Assembly (NCBI GenBank): GCA_035602245.1
Contig: DATNMO010000029.1
Location: 3,965-67,964, forward strand
Source of the DNA: Gemmatimonadales bacterium
Lineage (GTDB): Bacteria > Gemmatimonadota > Gemmatimonadetes > Gemmatimonadales > GWC2-71-9
Reading direction: 5' to 3'
DNA length: 64,000 nt
Shown: positions 52,398 through 62,291 of the stretch, piece by piece
Layout of the letters: each line of letters starts with the position of its first letter
How positions within the stretch are numbered: the first letter of the stretch is position 1
Translations under genes and position numbers: made by a program
Notes under the pieces: generated by a model
Told to the model about the DNA's origin: nothing
What the model saw: only the letters and a program-made list of their open reading frames with translations
The model's database searches: none

Positions 52398-53242
52398 CGC
52401 GCGTGCTCCGGGATCGCCGCGGCGCGTTCGGCGCGCTCGTCCTGCTGGTCATGATTGCCTGCGCGACTGCGGCGCCGCTCGTCACGAGCGGCGACCCCAG
52501 CGCCCAACGCGACATCGTAGCAACGCGGTTCCTCCCGCCCCTCGCGACCGACGCGCATGGAGCGTTCCACCCGCTGGGGACGGACCGGTTCGGGCGCGAC
52601 GTGTGGACGCGCCTCGTGTACGGCGCGCGCATCTCGATGGGCGTGGGGGCGCTGGCGGTGCTCGTCTCGGTGGCGCTAGGGCTCGCGGTCGGCGCCGTCG
52701 CGGGCTACTGGCGCGGACCGCTGTCGATCACGCTCCTCGGCCTGACCGACTTCGCCCTCGCGCTGCCGCGCGTCGTGCTCCTGCTCCTGCTCGCGGCGCT
52801 ATGGCGGCCCAGCACCGCTCTCGTCGTCGTGGTGCTCGGCCTCACAGGCTGGATGAGCGTGGCCCGGCTCGTCCATGGAGAGGTGCGTGCCCTGGCCGCG
52901 CGGCCGTTCGTCGAAGGTGCGGTGGCGCTGGGCGCACGGCGTTTGCGCGTGTTGGCACGACACATCCTCCCAAACGCGCTCACCCCCGTCATCGTCGCCG
53001 CCGCGCTCGGCGTGGGCAACGCCATCATGCTGGAAGCCGGCCTCTCCTTCCTCGGCCTTGGCGTCCAGCCTCCCACACCGTCCTGGGGCAACATGATCGC
53101 GTCGGGGCGCGACACGCTCGTCAACGCGCCCTGGGTCGCCACGGCGCCGGGCGTCGCACTGGTCCTGGTGGTGGTGGCGTGTACGATGCTCGGTGACGCG
53201 TTGCGGGATGTGCTGGATCCTGGGATGCGCTCTTCTACGTGA
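52394..53242 (+). CDS. ABC transporter permease (DppC/OppC-like)
   Basis: The ATG overlaps the upstream stop (ATGA). PLGTDRFGRDVWTRLVYGARISM and FVEGAVALGARRLRVLARHILPN support the family. The track ORF 51143..53242 is an artefactual extension. Confidence 0.85.
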   Translation: MTRVLRDRRGAFGALVLLVMIACATAAPLVTSGDPSAQRDIVATRFLPPLATDAHGAFHPLGTDRFGRDVWTRLVYGARISMGVGALAVLVSVALGLAVGAVAGYWRGPLSITLLGLTDFALALPRVVLLLLLAALWRPSTALVVVVLGLTGWMSVARLVHGEVRALAARPFVEGAVALGARRLRVLARHILPNALTPVIVAAALGVGNAIMLEAGLSFLGLGVQPPTPSWGNMIASGRDTLVNAPWVATAPGVALVLVVVACTMLGDALRDVLDPGMRSST

Positions 53243-53876
53243 GTTTCTTGAGCGTAGGCTCGTGAATCTCGTGACCACCTTCGAACGATACTAGCTCATA
53301 GGCAATGCCGTGCTCGCGGAGCCGCGACTCCGTGGCAGCAACGATCTTCGGTGTGAAGAACTCATCGCGCGTCCCATACACGAGCATCAGACGCGCGATG
53401 CGCAGCCGTTCCGCCGCGCTCCCTCGCGTGAGATCAAGATCGGGCGGGATCTCTCCGCCCCACACGATCAGGCGATCGACGCGCGACGCCCCCATCGCCA
53501 CCCAGCGGCACACGGTGGCGGCTCCTTGTGAGAACCCGAGGGCCGTGATGGTGGCGCCGGGTGGAAGGACCTGTTTGTAGACGGCGTCGAGGTAGCGGAC
53601 GTAGTCCTCGATCTCGTGTAGCCGGTCTTCGCGCGTCATCCAGCTGGCGCCGACGCGTCGCTCGGCGGGGCTCTCCGTCGCATAGAACCGCGACAGTCCC
53701 TCAGGCGCCACGATGTAGCGGTATTCATCTTCCAGCGGCAGGAAACGTTCGAGAAACCGCGCCGCCAGCTTCCCGTAGCCGTGGCAGACGATCCAGACGT
53801 CGCGGGCATGCTCGGGCGACCCCAGCGTGAAGTAGCGCGCCGTGCGCGAGACGGGGAGATGGTGTTCTTGCATCAC
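53235..53876 (-). CDS. Alpha/beta hydrolase (phospholipase/carboxylesterase family)
   Basis: VWIVCHGYG is present, and the nucleophile elbow is GFSQGAA. It overlaps the GH38 gene end. Confidence 0.7.
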   Translation of the reverse strand: MMQEHHLPVSRTARYFTLGSPEHARDVWIVCHGYGKLAARFLERFLPLEDEYRYIVAPEGLSRFYATESPAERRVGASWMTREDRLHEIEDYVRYLDAVYKQVLPPGATITALGFSQGAATVCRWVAMGASRVDRLIVWGGEIPPDLDLTRGSAAERLRIARLMLVYGTRDEFFTPKIVAATESRLREHGIAYELVSFEGGHEIHEPTLKKLT

Positions 53877-56518
53877 GTGACCAGAATCGTGACGATCTGG
53901 TGCGGCTCAGCAACGAAGCGCACGGTGCGGCCGCGCTGCTCGAGCACGAGGGCCACTGCTTCCCGCTCGTCCGCCCGCACCCGATGAGCGGTCTTCACGC
54001 CGTCCGCGAATCGCCAGGCGCCTGCCGCCTTTCGTCCGGTGGCGTTGTAGCAACGCAGCACCATCGGAGACCCGGCCTGGGCCGGTTTGATTGCCGAGAG
54101 CACGAGCCCTGTTCCTTCGAGGGTGACGTCCACGGGCGCGAGCTTGAGCGCGCCCGCATCGCGCAGCCACGTGCCTTTGAGCGGGAGAAACGCATCTTCC
54201 CACAGCTCCGGCACGGTATCGCCGCGGTCCACATCTCCCGACGAGACCGGCGCGAACGCCAGGTCGATGCGGCTCCGGCCGAGGCACTGAGCGCCTGGAA
54301 TCGCGGTGGGCCATCCGGCGTGACCAGGACGTGTGGACACATCGCCGCGCGACAAATCCCCCACCGCCCGGATCAGGGTGAGAAGCAGATCGCCTTGCGG
54401 GGTCCACTCGTACTCGAAGAACGCCGGTGCTAAGAGCGCGAGCCCGCGCCCGCCGCGCGCCGCGGCCACGAAGCGCTGCGCCGGCGCGGTGCGGGCGGGC
54501 GTTTCGCGCGGGTAGGCTGCGGCGTCCACCGTCAGCGCCGCGCGTTCCACGGTCCCGAAAGCAGCGCCTGCAACGGCGGCCACGCCGGCAAGCCCGGTGG
54601 GCAGGCGCGCGCGCAGCCGGTGGTGCAGCTTGCGGTTGTCGAGCTCGAGACTGCAGCGGACGATCGGACTGTCCGCATACAGCTGCACGACCAGGCGGGC
54701 ATCGATTCCGCGTGTCACCGCCCAGCGCGCCTCCAGCGCCGCGACCAACGGCCCCGCCGCGAGCCGTCGTACGGTGATCGGCCCCCGGCTGCGGGTCACG
54801 CGCTCGCGAACCGGCGGACAATACGTGTAGGCGTCGCCCGCGTCGCCTGCGTCCTCGAGCCGCAACAGGCCCGCATAGCGTTCGCCGCGGCGGCGATCGA
54901 CCAACGTCAACGCGCCGGTCGGCTCGAGCGCGACCTCGACGAAACGGTTTTCGAGCGCGCGACCCCGCACGCGCGCGTCCTCGCCCCGGGCAAACGGCAC
55001 CGGAGCGCCCGCGGTCAACGCGGTCAGCCCCAGACCCGGCGCGGGCGGCGCGCGGAAGGCGATGCGCACCTGATCCACCTCGTCTTGATCGGGATAGTGC
55101 CGCGTGGCATCAATCCGCTCCTGCGTGACCCGCTGTGCCAGGACTTGCACGGGAATAGCGCGGCCATCGCGGCTCGCCAGCGCGAACGGCCGGTACCCGG
55201 GCCCGACGCGTGGCGAGCGGTCGCTCCCCCCGCCCCCCCCGCCCGGTGGTCCAACCAGCACGTCGCGTCGAAAGAAGGTGACATCGGCGACCGTTACGCC
55301 GCCGCGGCCGCGGGCCGCGGGATTCCAGAGCACCAGCGCTGGCGCGGCCGCCTCCACGCGCTCACGGGCCGCGTCGGGATCGTGGCCCGCGAGATCATAG
55401 AGGGCGCCGCGGATGATCTCCCCGGCGTATGCCGCGATTTCCGTGAGGCGGCATTCCGCCGCGGCCGCGACGTCATCGGCCGTACAGCCGGCGATCGTGT
55501 CGTGGAATTGCGTGCGCACCAACGTGCGCCATGCAGTCTCGAGCAGCGGCCGCCGATCGCGGCTCCCACCGACGGCCCAGCGCGCAAGCGCCGCCAGCGG
55601 TTCCGCGATCCGCTCGAGCCACAGCTCGACGTCGCCGTGGCGGCGCTTGAGCGGCGCGCGCGTCCCGTGGACGCCCTGCAGTGTCCAGGTGTAGCCGTAC
55701 GACCAGCGCAGCTCCCCCGCGACGGGCCGGGCGGGCGTACCCTCGGCTGCTTGGAAGAACTCGTCGAGCCGGGAAATGCGGAAGCCGCTGGCGGGCTCGA
55801 GATCGGCGAGTATGTCGCGCAGCCGCACCAATCCCGGGTGGGGCGCGTGGTGATCGGCGCCGATGAACACCGGGACGTGCTTCCCCGCCGCTCGTTCGAT
55901 CAGCGCTGCGCGGACCCGCGGCCACACTTCCGGGAGCCGCGCCCCGGCACCGGGTAATACCGCACCGATCTCGTAGCCATCCGGGGGCAGATGCCACAAC
56001 AGCACTTCCCGCCCGTCGGGCCCACTCCAACGATACAGGTCGCGCTCCTGGCCCGGCCGGCCGCCCAGTCCCCGCCACACGACGCCGAACTTGATGCCAA
56101 ACTCCCGCGCGAGGCTGGGCAATACACCGGGATGACCGAACGCGTCGGGCGAGTACAGGACGTCGAGCCGCGCGCCGAGCCGGTCGGCATCCGCCGCGCC
56201 GAGCAAGAGGTTCCGGGTCAGCGATTCCCCCGAGGGGATGAACTCGTCGGCCAACACGTACCAGGGCCCAACCTGGAGCCGGCCGGTCCGCACGAGGGCT
56301 TTCACGTCGGTCTCACGCTCGGGCCGCGCGCGCAGGTAGTCCTCGACAATCACCGTCTGCCCGTCGAGCAGGAAGCTCCGGAGCGCCGCGTCAGCGTGCA
56401 ACCGCTCGATGAGATCATCGAACATCGGGACGAGGCGCGCATGAAACGCCGCGCGGGGGAGGTACCACTCGCGGTCCCAATGCGTGTGGGCAATGAGATG
56501 GAAGATCTGTGCGGTCAC
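53873..56518 (-). CDS. Glycoside hydrolase family 38 (alpha-mannosidase / mannosylglycerate hydrolase-like)
   Basis: FHLIAHTHWDREWYLP is the GH38 N-terminal signature, with later SPDAFGH. The protein is 881 aa. Confidence 0.85.
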   Translation of the reverse strand: MTAQIFHLIAHTHWDREWYLPRAAFHARLVPMFDDLIERLHADAALRSFLLDGQTVIVEDYLRARPERETDVKALVRTGRLQVGPWYVLADEFIPSGESLTRNLLLGAADADRLGARLDVLYSPDAFGHPGVLPSLAREFGIKFGVVWRGLGGRPGQERDLYRWSGPDGREVLLWHLPPDGYEIGAVLPGAGARLPEVWPRVRAALIERAAGKHVPVFIGADHHAPHPGLVRLRDILADLEPASGFRISRLDEFFQAAEGTPARPVAGELRWSYGYTWTLQGVHGTRAPLKRRHGDVELWLERIAEPLAALARWAVGGSRDRRPLLETAWRTLVRTQFHDTIAGCTADDVAAAAECRLTEIAAYAGEIIRGALYDLAGHDPDAARERVEAAAPALVLWNPAARGRGGVTVADVTFFRRDVLVGPPGGGGGGSDRSPRVGPGYRPFALASRDGRAIPVQVLAQRVTQERIDATRHYPDQDEVDQVRIAFRAPPAPGLGLTALTAGAPVPFARGEDARVRGRALENRFVEVALEPTGALTLVDRRRGERYAGLLRLEDAGDAGDAYTYCPPVRERVTRSRGPITVRRLAAGPLVAALEARWAVTRGIDARLVVQLYADSPIVRCSLELDNRKLHHRLRARLPTGLAGVAAVAGAAFGTVERAALTVDAAAYPRETPARTAPAQRFVAAARGGRGLALLAPAFFEYEWTPQGDLLLTLIRAVGDLSRGDVSTRPGHAGWPTAIPGAQCLGRSRIDLAFAPVSSGDVDRGDTVPELWEDAFLPLKGTWLRDAGALKLAPVDVTLEGTGLVLSAIKPAQAGSPMVLRCYNATGRKAAGAWRFADGVKTAHRVRADEREAVALVLEQRGRTVRFVAEPHQIVTILVT

Positions 56519-57858
56519 GGCGTGGGCTGCAGCTGCTCGAGTTCGGCGAGGTTGGAGAGATGGACGTGTGCCACCCGGCGCCCACGCGCCAGGAGGGCAC
56601 GCACGTCACCGCGGGCCGCCGCGTGGTGCAGCTCGCCGAACGTCCGGCCCATCTCCGGAATCTCGATGTCCTCGCCGACATCCGTCGTGATCACGAGGAA
56701 CAACCCGGTATTCGGGCCGCCTTTGTGCAGCTGGCCGGTGGAATGCAGATAGCCCGGGCCGATGCCGAGCGTCGTGGCGCACCCGATCGTCCGGCTCCAC
56801 GCCGCGCGCAGCCGTTGGAGTCGCCCGATCACGTCGGGGGCGGGCGGCATATATGCCAGGATTGCGAAATAGTCCCCCGGCCGGGCTTGGCGACGCAGGT
56901 CCGCAGGTGTCAGGGTATGGAGGGGCGCAGCATGCTGCGCCCCTTCACCCGCGCGCCCGCCTTCCAGTTCCAGCCGCGCGAGTCGTTTGGCCTCTTCCAC
57001 ATCGGGCTGGTCGAAGGCGTTCACACCCAGCTGCTCGCATAGCTCGGCGGTCGCGTACTCCCACTGCAGAAATTCGGCGCCCAGGTCGAGCGGATCAGCC
57101 GAGAAACTCGTCGGGGTGTGCACGTCTGGCAACGTCACGTCCATGGGATGGTCGACGAGCGGGATGATCCCCCGGCCGTCCTTCCCCGAGCTTTCGGCAA
57201 CGAGCTGTTCGATCCAATTCGCTAGCGAGGCGACCGGAGCGGGGGGCGCCAGCAGCAGCTTGTCCCGACCGAGCCGCGCGGCGGCGGCGATCGCGCGCCC
57301 CAGCGCCCGCGCCCGCGCGATGTCGATGCGGCGCGCCCGCTCGAGCAGCGTCCGGCCGTCCAGGCCGATGAGCGCGGCGGGCAGCATGCCGACGGCGGTA
57401 AGCGCCGCGTAGCGTCCCCCCACGTCGGGAGGGTGGGGCACAATCGCCCGAAAGCGCCGCTCGCGGGCGAGCGCCTCGAGCGGCGTGCCGGGATCAGTGA
57501 TGGCGATGAATTGCTCGGGCCGAGCGCGCCGCGCGAAGTGGCGGTAGAACGCGAGCGTCTCGACCGTGGTGCCGGACTTGCTCACGATGAGAAACAGCGT
57601 CCGAGCGAGATCATGCGCCTGCTCCGCCGCGCGGACGGCGGCGGGGTTGGTGCTGTCCAGCACCTGCAACGCGGTCGCCCCCGCGCTGGCCGCCAGCACC
57701 TGGGGTGCCAGACTCGATCCGCCCATCCCGCACACCAGCGTGCGCACGAGGCCGTCGGCGCGGGCGGCGGCGGCGAGTGCGGTGTAGCCGTCCCACTGCG
57801 CCAGCGAGAGCTCCGGGGCGCGCTTCCAGCCGAGTGGATTCATTGGCCGGGCAAACAT
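56515..57858 (-). CDS. Glucose-6-phosphate isomerase (SIS-domain, short bacterial/archaeal type)
   Basis: The motifs are GMGGSSLAP, VSKSGTTVET and DVGGRYAALT. Confidence 0.8.
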   Translation of the reverse strand: MFARPMNPLGWKRAPELSLAQWDGYTALAAAARADGLVRTLVCGMGGSSLAPQVLAASAGATALQVLDSTNPAAVRAAEQAHDLARTLFLIVSKSGTTVETLAFYRHFARRARPEQFIAITDPGTPLEALARERRFRAIVPHPPDVGGRYAALTAVGMLPAALIGLDGRTLLERARRIDIARARALGRAIAAAARLGRDKLLLAPPAPVASLANWIEQLVAESSGKDGRGIIPLVDHPMDVTLPDVHTPTSFSADPLDLGAEFLQWEYATAELCEQLGVNAFDQPDVEEAKRLARLELEGGRAGEGAQHAAPLHTLTPADLRRQARPGDYFAILAYMPPAPDVIGRLQRLRAAWSRTIGCATTLGIGPGYLHSTGQLHKGGPNTGLFLVITTDVGEDIEIPEMGRTFGELHHAAARGDVRALLARGRRVAHVHLSNLAELEQLQPTP

Positions 57859-57912
57859 AATGCGGTTAGGTTAGCCGCGGACTCCCTCGTGATCCTCCCC
57901 GGACTGGCCGGC

Positions 57913-59574
57913 ATGAACGGCATGGCGATCGTGGCGGTCACCGTCGCCATTGTGCTGGTAATCCTCGGCGCGCGTGTACTCTATTCGTTGCGCGCGGACC
58001 GGCGCTACGCCCAGCTGCTCGAGGACGAGGTCGCGAACCAGACGCGCTCGCTGATGAGCTCGCTCGCCGCTACGGCATCGGCGGAGCGCAATCTGCGTCT
58101 GGTGATGGAATCGGTCCCCGATGCGATTGTCGTGCTCGACCACGACGGCCGCGTCCTTGACGCAAACGCGGCTGGCCGCGCCCTCGCGGCCTTGCCGGAA
58201 GACGGCGGCCACATGCAGTCCGGACTCGAGTGGCTCGACGCCACCGCCGCGCGGATGGCACGGGCCAACCTCGCGGCCGCCTTCGGGGGCGAGGTGCGGC
58301 GATTCGAGGTCCCGTTTCAGCGACCCGACGGCACCGAGGGCACGAGCCAGGTGCTCTACGCGCCCGTTCGCGAAGGCGACCGCATTCCCAAGGTGCTGGC
58401 ACTCGCCCGCGACGTCACGGAGCAGCGCCGCACCCAGACGCAGCTGCAGCAGGCCGAGAAACTCGCCGCAATGGGACAACTCGTCAGCGGCGTCGCGCAC
58501 GAGATCAACAACCCTGCGGCGATCATCTCGGGATTCGCCCAGACGCTGCTGCTCGACCAGCTCACGCCGGAGCAGCGCGAGACGATTCAGATGATGTACG
58601 ACGAGGCGACGCGCATCGGGCGGATCACGTCGAACTTGCTCGCGTTCGCGCGCGCGGGAAGCAAAGAGCGGACGCTCGTGGATTTGAACGACCTCGCGCG
58701 CCGTACGTTTGCCCTCCGCTCCTATCACCTCGCCACCCTCAACATCACCGTGAATCTCGATCTCGACGAGGACGATCCCAAGGCGTGGGCGAACGGGTCG
58801 GAGATGCAGCAAATGCTTCTCAACCTGCTGATCAACGCCGAGCAGGCGATGACGGGGGCGACGGGACGCCGCGCGATCACCATCCGCACCTCGGCGGCCA
58901 ACGATCGCGTGCAGTTGCAGCTCGCCGACACCGGGCCGGGGGTCGCCGCCGAGATTCAGGAGAAGATCTTCGATCCGTTTTTCACGACGAAGCCGGAGGG
59001 GGCGGGCACCGGGCTCGGCCTGTCCATCTGCTACGGAATCGTACAGGATCACGGCGGGCGCATTTGGCTCGACTCCGACCCCGGCCGAGGCGCGGTGTTC
59101 AGCGTCGAGCTGCCGCGCGACGCCCGCGCCCGCCCACGGCTCACCCCCGCTCCGACGGCCGCGCCCCAGACTCCCCCGGTACGGGGGAGCCAGCTGTCCG
59201 TGCTGCTGATCGACGATGAGGAGGGCCTGCGGCGCGCGGTGTTGAATTTCCTGAAGCGCCGTGGCATGCACGCGGTCGCCGTGGGCGATGGGACCGACGC
59301 TCTGAAAGCGCTGCGGCACCAGCGCTTCGACGTCATCGTCTCGGATGTGCGCATGCCGGGGATGAGCGGGCGGGAGTTCCTCGAACGGTTGCGGCAGGAG
59401 CATCCCGCGATAGTGAGCCGGCTGGTGTTCTCGACCGGCGATACGTTCGACCCTGACACGGCCTCGTTGCTGCGGGAATCCGGCGTGCCGTCACTCGTGA
59501 AGCCCTACGATTTCGCGAAGCTGGAGACCCTGCTGCACGAAGTCGGCGGCGGCACCGCTAAAACCTCGGCCTGA
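57913..59574 (+). CDS. Hybrid sensor histidine kinase (TM - PAS - HisKA - HATPase_c - REC)
   Basis: The PAS region is MESVPDAIVVLDHDGRVLDAN. The H-box is GQLVSGVAHEINNP. The ATP-binding region is DTGPGV...GTGLGLSICYG. The REC domain is VLLIDDE...SDVRMPGMSG. Confidence 0.85.
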   Translation: MNGMAIVAVTVAIVLVILGARVLYSLRADRRYAQLLEDEVANQTRSLMSSLAATASAERNLRLVMESVPDAIVVLDHDGRVLDANAAGRALAALPEDGGHMQSGLEWLDATAARMARANLAAAFGGEVRRFEVPFQRPDGTEGTSQVLYAPVREGDRIPKVLALARDVTEQRRTQTQLQQAEKLAAMGQLVSGVAHEINNPAAIISGFAQTLLLDQLTPEQRETIQMMYDEATRIGRITSNLLAFARAGSKERTLVDLNDLARRTFALRSYHLATLNITVNLDLDEDDPKAWANGSEMQQMLLNLLINAEQAMTGATGRRAITIRTSAANDRVQLQLADTGPGVAAEIQEKIFDPFFTTKPEGAGTGLGLSICYGIVQDHGGRIWLDSDPGRGAVFSVELPRDARARPRLTPAPTAAPQTPPVRGSQLSVLLIDDEEGLRRAVLNFLKRRGMHAVAVGDGTDALKALRHQRFDVIVSDVRMPGMSGREFLERLRQEHPAIVSRLVFSTGDTFDPDTASLLRESGVPSLVKPYDFAKLETLLHEVGGGTAKTSA

Positions 59575-62287
59575 GCCGAATCTCCAGGTCCGAGCGTCCC
59601 ACGCCGTTGGGCGTCGGGGCCAGGGTGAACCACAACGGTTCGGCATCCACGGCAAGCGCGTCGAGCACCTGCGCCTGCACCGCCAGTTCGTAGTCCCCGG
59701 GCTTCACGCCCAACAGATAGAATGCGCCGTCGGTGAAGGTCACGAGCGTCTGTCTCGCCCCGGAGCGCCGCTCGGTGAGCAGCAAGGTGACGCCCCCGAC
59801 CCCACGCCCTTCTCGCACGACGCGCCCTTCGATCACGCCCGCCTGAACCACCGGGATGTCGAGGCTGCGGAACCGGTTCGGCCCGGGCACGATACTCGCC
59901 CGCGCGAACAGTGGCACGAGCAAGGGAGATTCGAGCGACAAGGAGTCGACGCTCACCAGGATCGGCTCGAACGGCACGAGATCCCACACCCGGTAGGCAC
60001 CGTCCGAATCGCTGCGGACGGCGTTCGCCCCGACGAGGACCCTGACGCCGGCGATACCCGGCTCGCCGATGTCACGCACGCCGTTTCCGTTCTCGTCCAG
60101 GAACACGCGCCCCGACAAGCCTGAGCGCTCGAGTGAGGGGCCCGGCGCGACACCCAGCCTCCCTGCTTGTCGATCCCACAAGACGGAGCCCTGAACAAAC
60201 TGCGTTCCCGCCACCGGACCACCGGGCGGGGCCAGGAGGGCGGTGATGGCGCGGGCGGCCGCGAAGTACGACGTCAGGGTCAGGCTGTAAGTGATTCCGC
60301 CCGGCGCGCCGGGCATGGTGCGCTCCCACGTCGCGCCGACCTCGACGCGCACCCCGCGAGAGATGGGGCGCGCCGCGAATGCCGACCACGAGACGAGACC
60401 CGCGCGCCGCTCCAGCTCGGTCGCGGTACGGATCAGGAGGACATTGAAGAACGCGCCCAACCCAGGCCGCGGCACGACGAATGTGTTGAGACCGGCGAAG
60501 GCGCGGCTTGTGCCGGGGTCGTGCTGCGTGCGCACGTAGGGGAGGAATCGGATCTCGGCCGTCTGCGCGGATGCGCCGAGGCGCGTCCGAGTAGAGCTTC
60601 CCGTGGCGGACATCACCCGATCCACACGCGCATCGAAGAAGAAGTACCCCTTGGCCGGCGAGGGGCGGAGGAACCCGCCCACCCCCCACTGCGCGCGACG
60701 GCCCAGGGGTGCGAAGATCGAGAATGAATCACGCGTGAAGCGCGTGTAATCGCCTTCGAGCCGGAAGTCCACCGACGGCTCGTAGCGCACGCCCCCGTGG
60801 GCGAGACCCCGGCCCACGAGCTCGCCCTCGAGCGCCCAGGAGTTGGTGGGATTGGCCACAACGCCCGCGTACGGATGCAGGCGGTCGGGCGCGGTGTCGC
60901 GCCAGAATTGGTCGAGGCCGCCTTGCACCGTCCAGCCGCGCGTCACACCGTAGCGCATGTCGACGTTAGCCGTCGCGCGGCACTGCGCTCCCCCGCCGCG
61001 GCACTGCCCAGCAGAGAGCCCGTACTCGAAACGGCGGGGAGGCAGGATGTCCAAGAGGACGCGGTAGGTGCGGTTGAAGTGGCGGATCTCGCCGAACGGA
61101 CCATAGGCCACGAAGTCCACGGGATTCTCCCCGTAGCGCACCGGCAGGTTGATCGCGAAGCGGCCGGCAGCGTCCGCGGAGTCGTAGGCGACGAGGTCGC
61201 CGCCGCGGTAGGCCTCGACGGACCAACCCGGTTCTAGCCGCCCGTCGTAGCGCAATGCGCCGACGAGCGACGGGCGCACGAAGGGTGCGTTGGTCACGGA
61301 GAAGCCGAGGAGCGCCCGCCCCCGCGGTCCCGTGGAACTGCCGTCGCCGAGCCGCACCTGTTTCACCCAACGCCGCTCGCGCCACACGCCGGTCCACGAG
61401 GCGTTCGTGTGCGCCCGGCCCGCTCCCGCCGGCCCAACGCTCTGCGTCAGCACCTCCAGCGATCCGCCGGCGAGGTCGGCGCCGAGGCCCATCGTGTAGG
61501 CGGCCCCGGCGAGGGGATCGGGAGACGGTGAGAACACCGAGTAGTCGACGACCACGCCATCCCACTGCGGCCGCTCGAGCCCGAGGGTGACGTCAGCACG
61601 CACGCCCTCCGCGCGCCTGAGGTACGCCTCCCGCGCCCCCTCGCGGGCGACCCGGCGGGCGATGGGGAGGTCGCGCGGATCGACGACCGTGACGGTCAGC
61701 TCCGCCCAGTTCACCGCAAACATCAGTCCGAACAGATCGCCAAGCCGCTCGGCGCCGATGTAGACCTCGGCTCCGTCGAAGTAGCGGAACTCCGGCTCGA
61801 TGTGCACGCGGCGCTCCCCGAACTGCATCGTGTCGGTCCGGGCGTCGATCACGATGCTGCGGTTGCCCGGATCCATCGTGGCCTCGACGCGGCCGTCGGA
61901 CGACACGCGATACCGGATCTCGACGAGCTGAAACAGCTGCGAGAGTGGGATCAACACCTCGGACCGGACCCGGTAGGCCGCTACGGTGGCGCGCGCGAGG
62001 CGCCCGATCTGCAGCTCGATGATCACGGGCTCGGGGGCAGTATCGGGCACCGTCGTGTCCACGATCGACCGGAATCGGAGCGGGAGTACCGCGCTGGCGG
62101 GCTGCGGGACGATCGGCGCCAGGCCATCAGCGTGTCGCAGGTTCGTGCGCCCGTGCTGGGAATGCCCCGCGGTGGCCGCGGGTGCCGGAGGCGGGGCGAC
62201 CCGCGGGTGCGCCGGCCGATTGGGTGCGGGAGACTGGATTACCACGGCGCCGAGGCTCACCGCGAGCAGGAGCGCCAGGCCGCGCAT
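59558..62287 (-). CDS. Outer-membrane usher-like protein with C-terminal CarboxypepD_reg / SdrD-B-like beta-sandwich domains
   Basis: It has a signal peptide. The N-terminal region (IIELQIGRLARATVAAYRV...LIPLSQLFQLVEI) resembles usher N-domains. A long beta-rich middle follows. The C-terminus reads SGRVFLDENGNGVRDIGEPGIAGVRV... and GVIEGRVVREGRGVGGVTLLL. The gene follows a PapD-like chaperone gene. Confidence 0.6.
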   Translation of the reverse strand: MRGLALLLAVSLGAVVIQSPAPNRPAHPRVAPPPAPAATAGHSQHGRTNLRHADGLAPIVPQPASAVLPLRFRSIVDTTVPDTAPEPVIIELQIGRLARATVAAYRVRSEVLIPLSQLFQLVEIRYRVSSDGRVEATMDPGNRSIVIDARTDTMQFGERRVHIEPEFRYFDGAEVYIGAERLGDLFGLMFAVNWAELTVTVVDPRDLPIARRVAREGAREAYLRRAEGVRADVTLGLERPQWDGVVVDYSVFSPSPDPLAGAAYTMGLGADLAGGSLEVLTQSVGPAGAGRAHTNASWTGVWRERRWVKQVRLGDGSSTGPRGRALLGFSVTNAPFVRPSLVGALRYDGRLEPGWSVEAYRGGDLVAYDSADAAGRFAINLPVRYGENPVDFVAYGPFGEIRHFNRTYRVLLDILPPRRFEYGLSAGQCRGGGAQCRATANVDMRYGVTRGWTVQGGLDQFWRDTAPDRLHPYAGVVANPTNSWALEGELVGRGLAHGGVRYEPSVDFRLEGDYTRFTRDSFSIFAPLGRRAQWGVGGFLRPSPAKGYFFFDARVDRVMSATGSSTRTRLGASAQTAEIRFLPYVRTQHDPGTSRAFAGLNTFVVPRPGLGAFFNVLLIRTATELERRAGLVSWSAFAARPISRGVRVEVGATWERTMPGAPGGITYSLTLTSYFAAARAITALLAPPGGPVAGTQFVQGSVLWDRQAGRLGVAPGPSLERSGLSGRVFLDENGNGVRDIGEPGIAGVRVLVGANAVRSDSDGAYRVWDLVPFEPILVSVDSLSLESPLLVPLFARASIVPGPNRFRSLDIPVVQAGVIEGRVVREGRGVGGVTLLLTERRSGARQTLVTFTDGAFYLLGVKPGDYELAVQAQVLDALAVDAEPLWFTLAPTPNGVGRSDLEIRLRPRF

Positions 62288-62291
62288 GTTG

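Noticed and set aside
55225-55244. C-rich run including a C8 homopolymer inside the GH38 gene, a possible slippage, phase-variation or frameshift site
   Set aside because: The reading frame is intact through the run, where it encodes PPGGGGGGS on the minus strand. The GH38 ORF is full length, so there is no sign of a frameshift or pseudogene. It remains only a potential sequencing-error hotspot.
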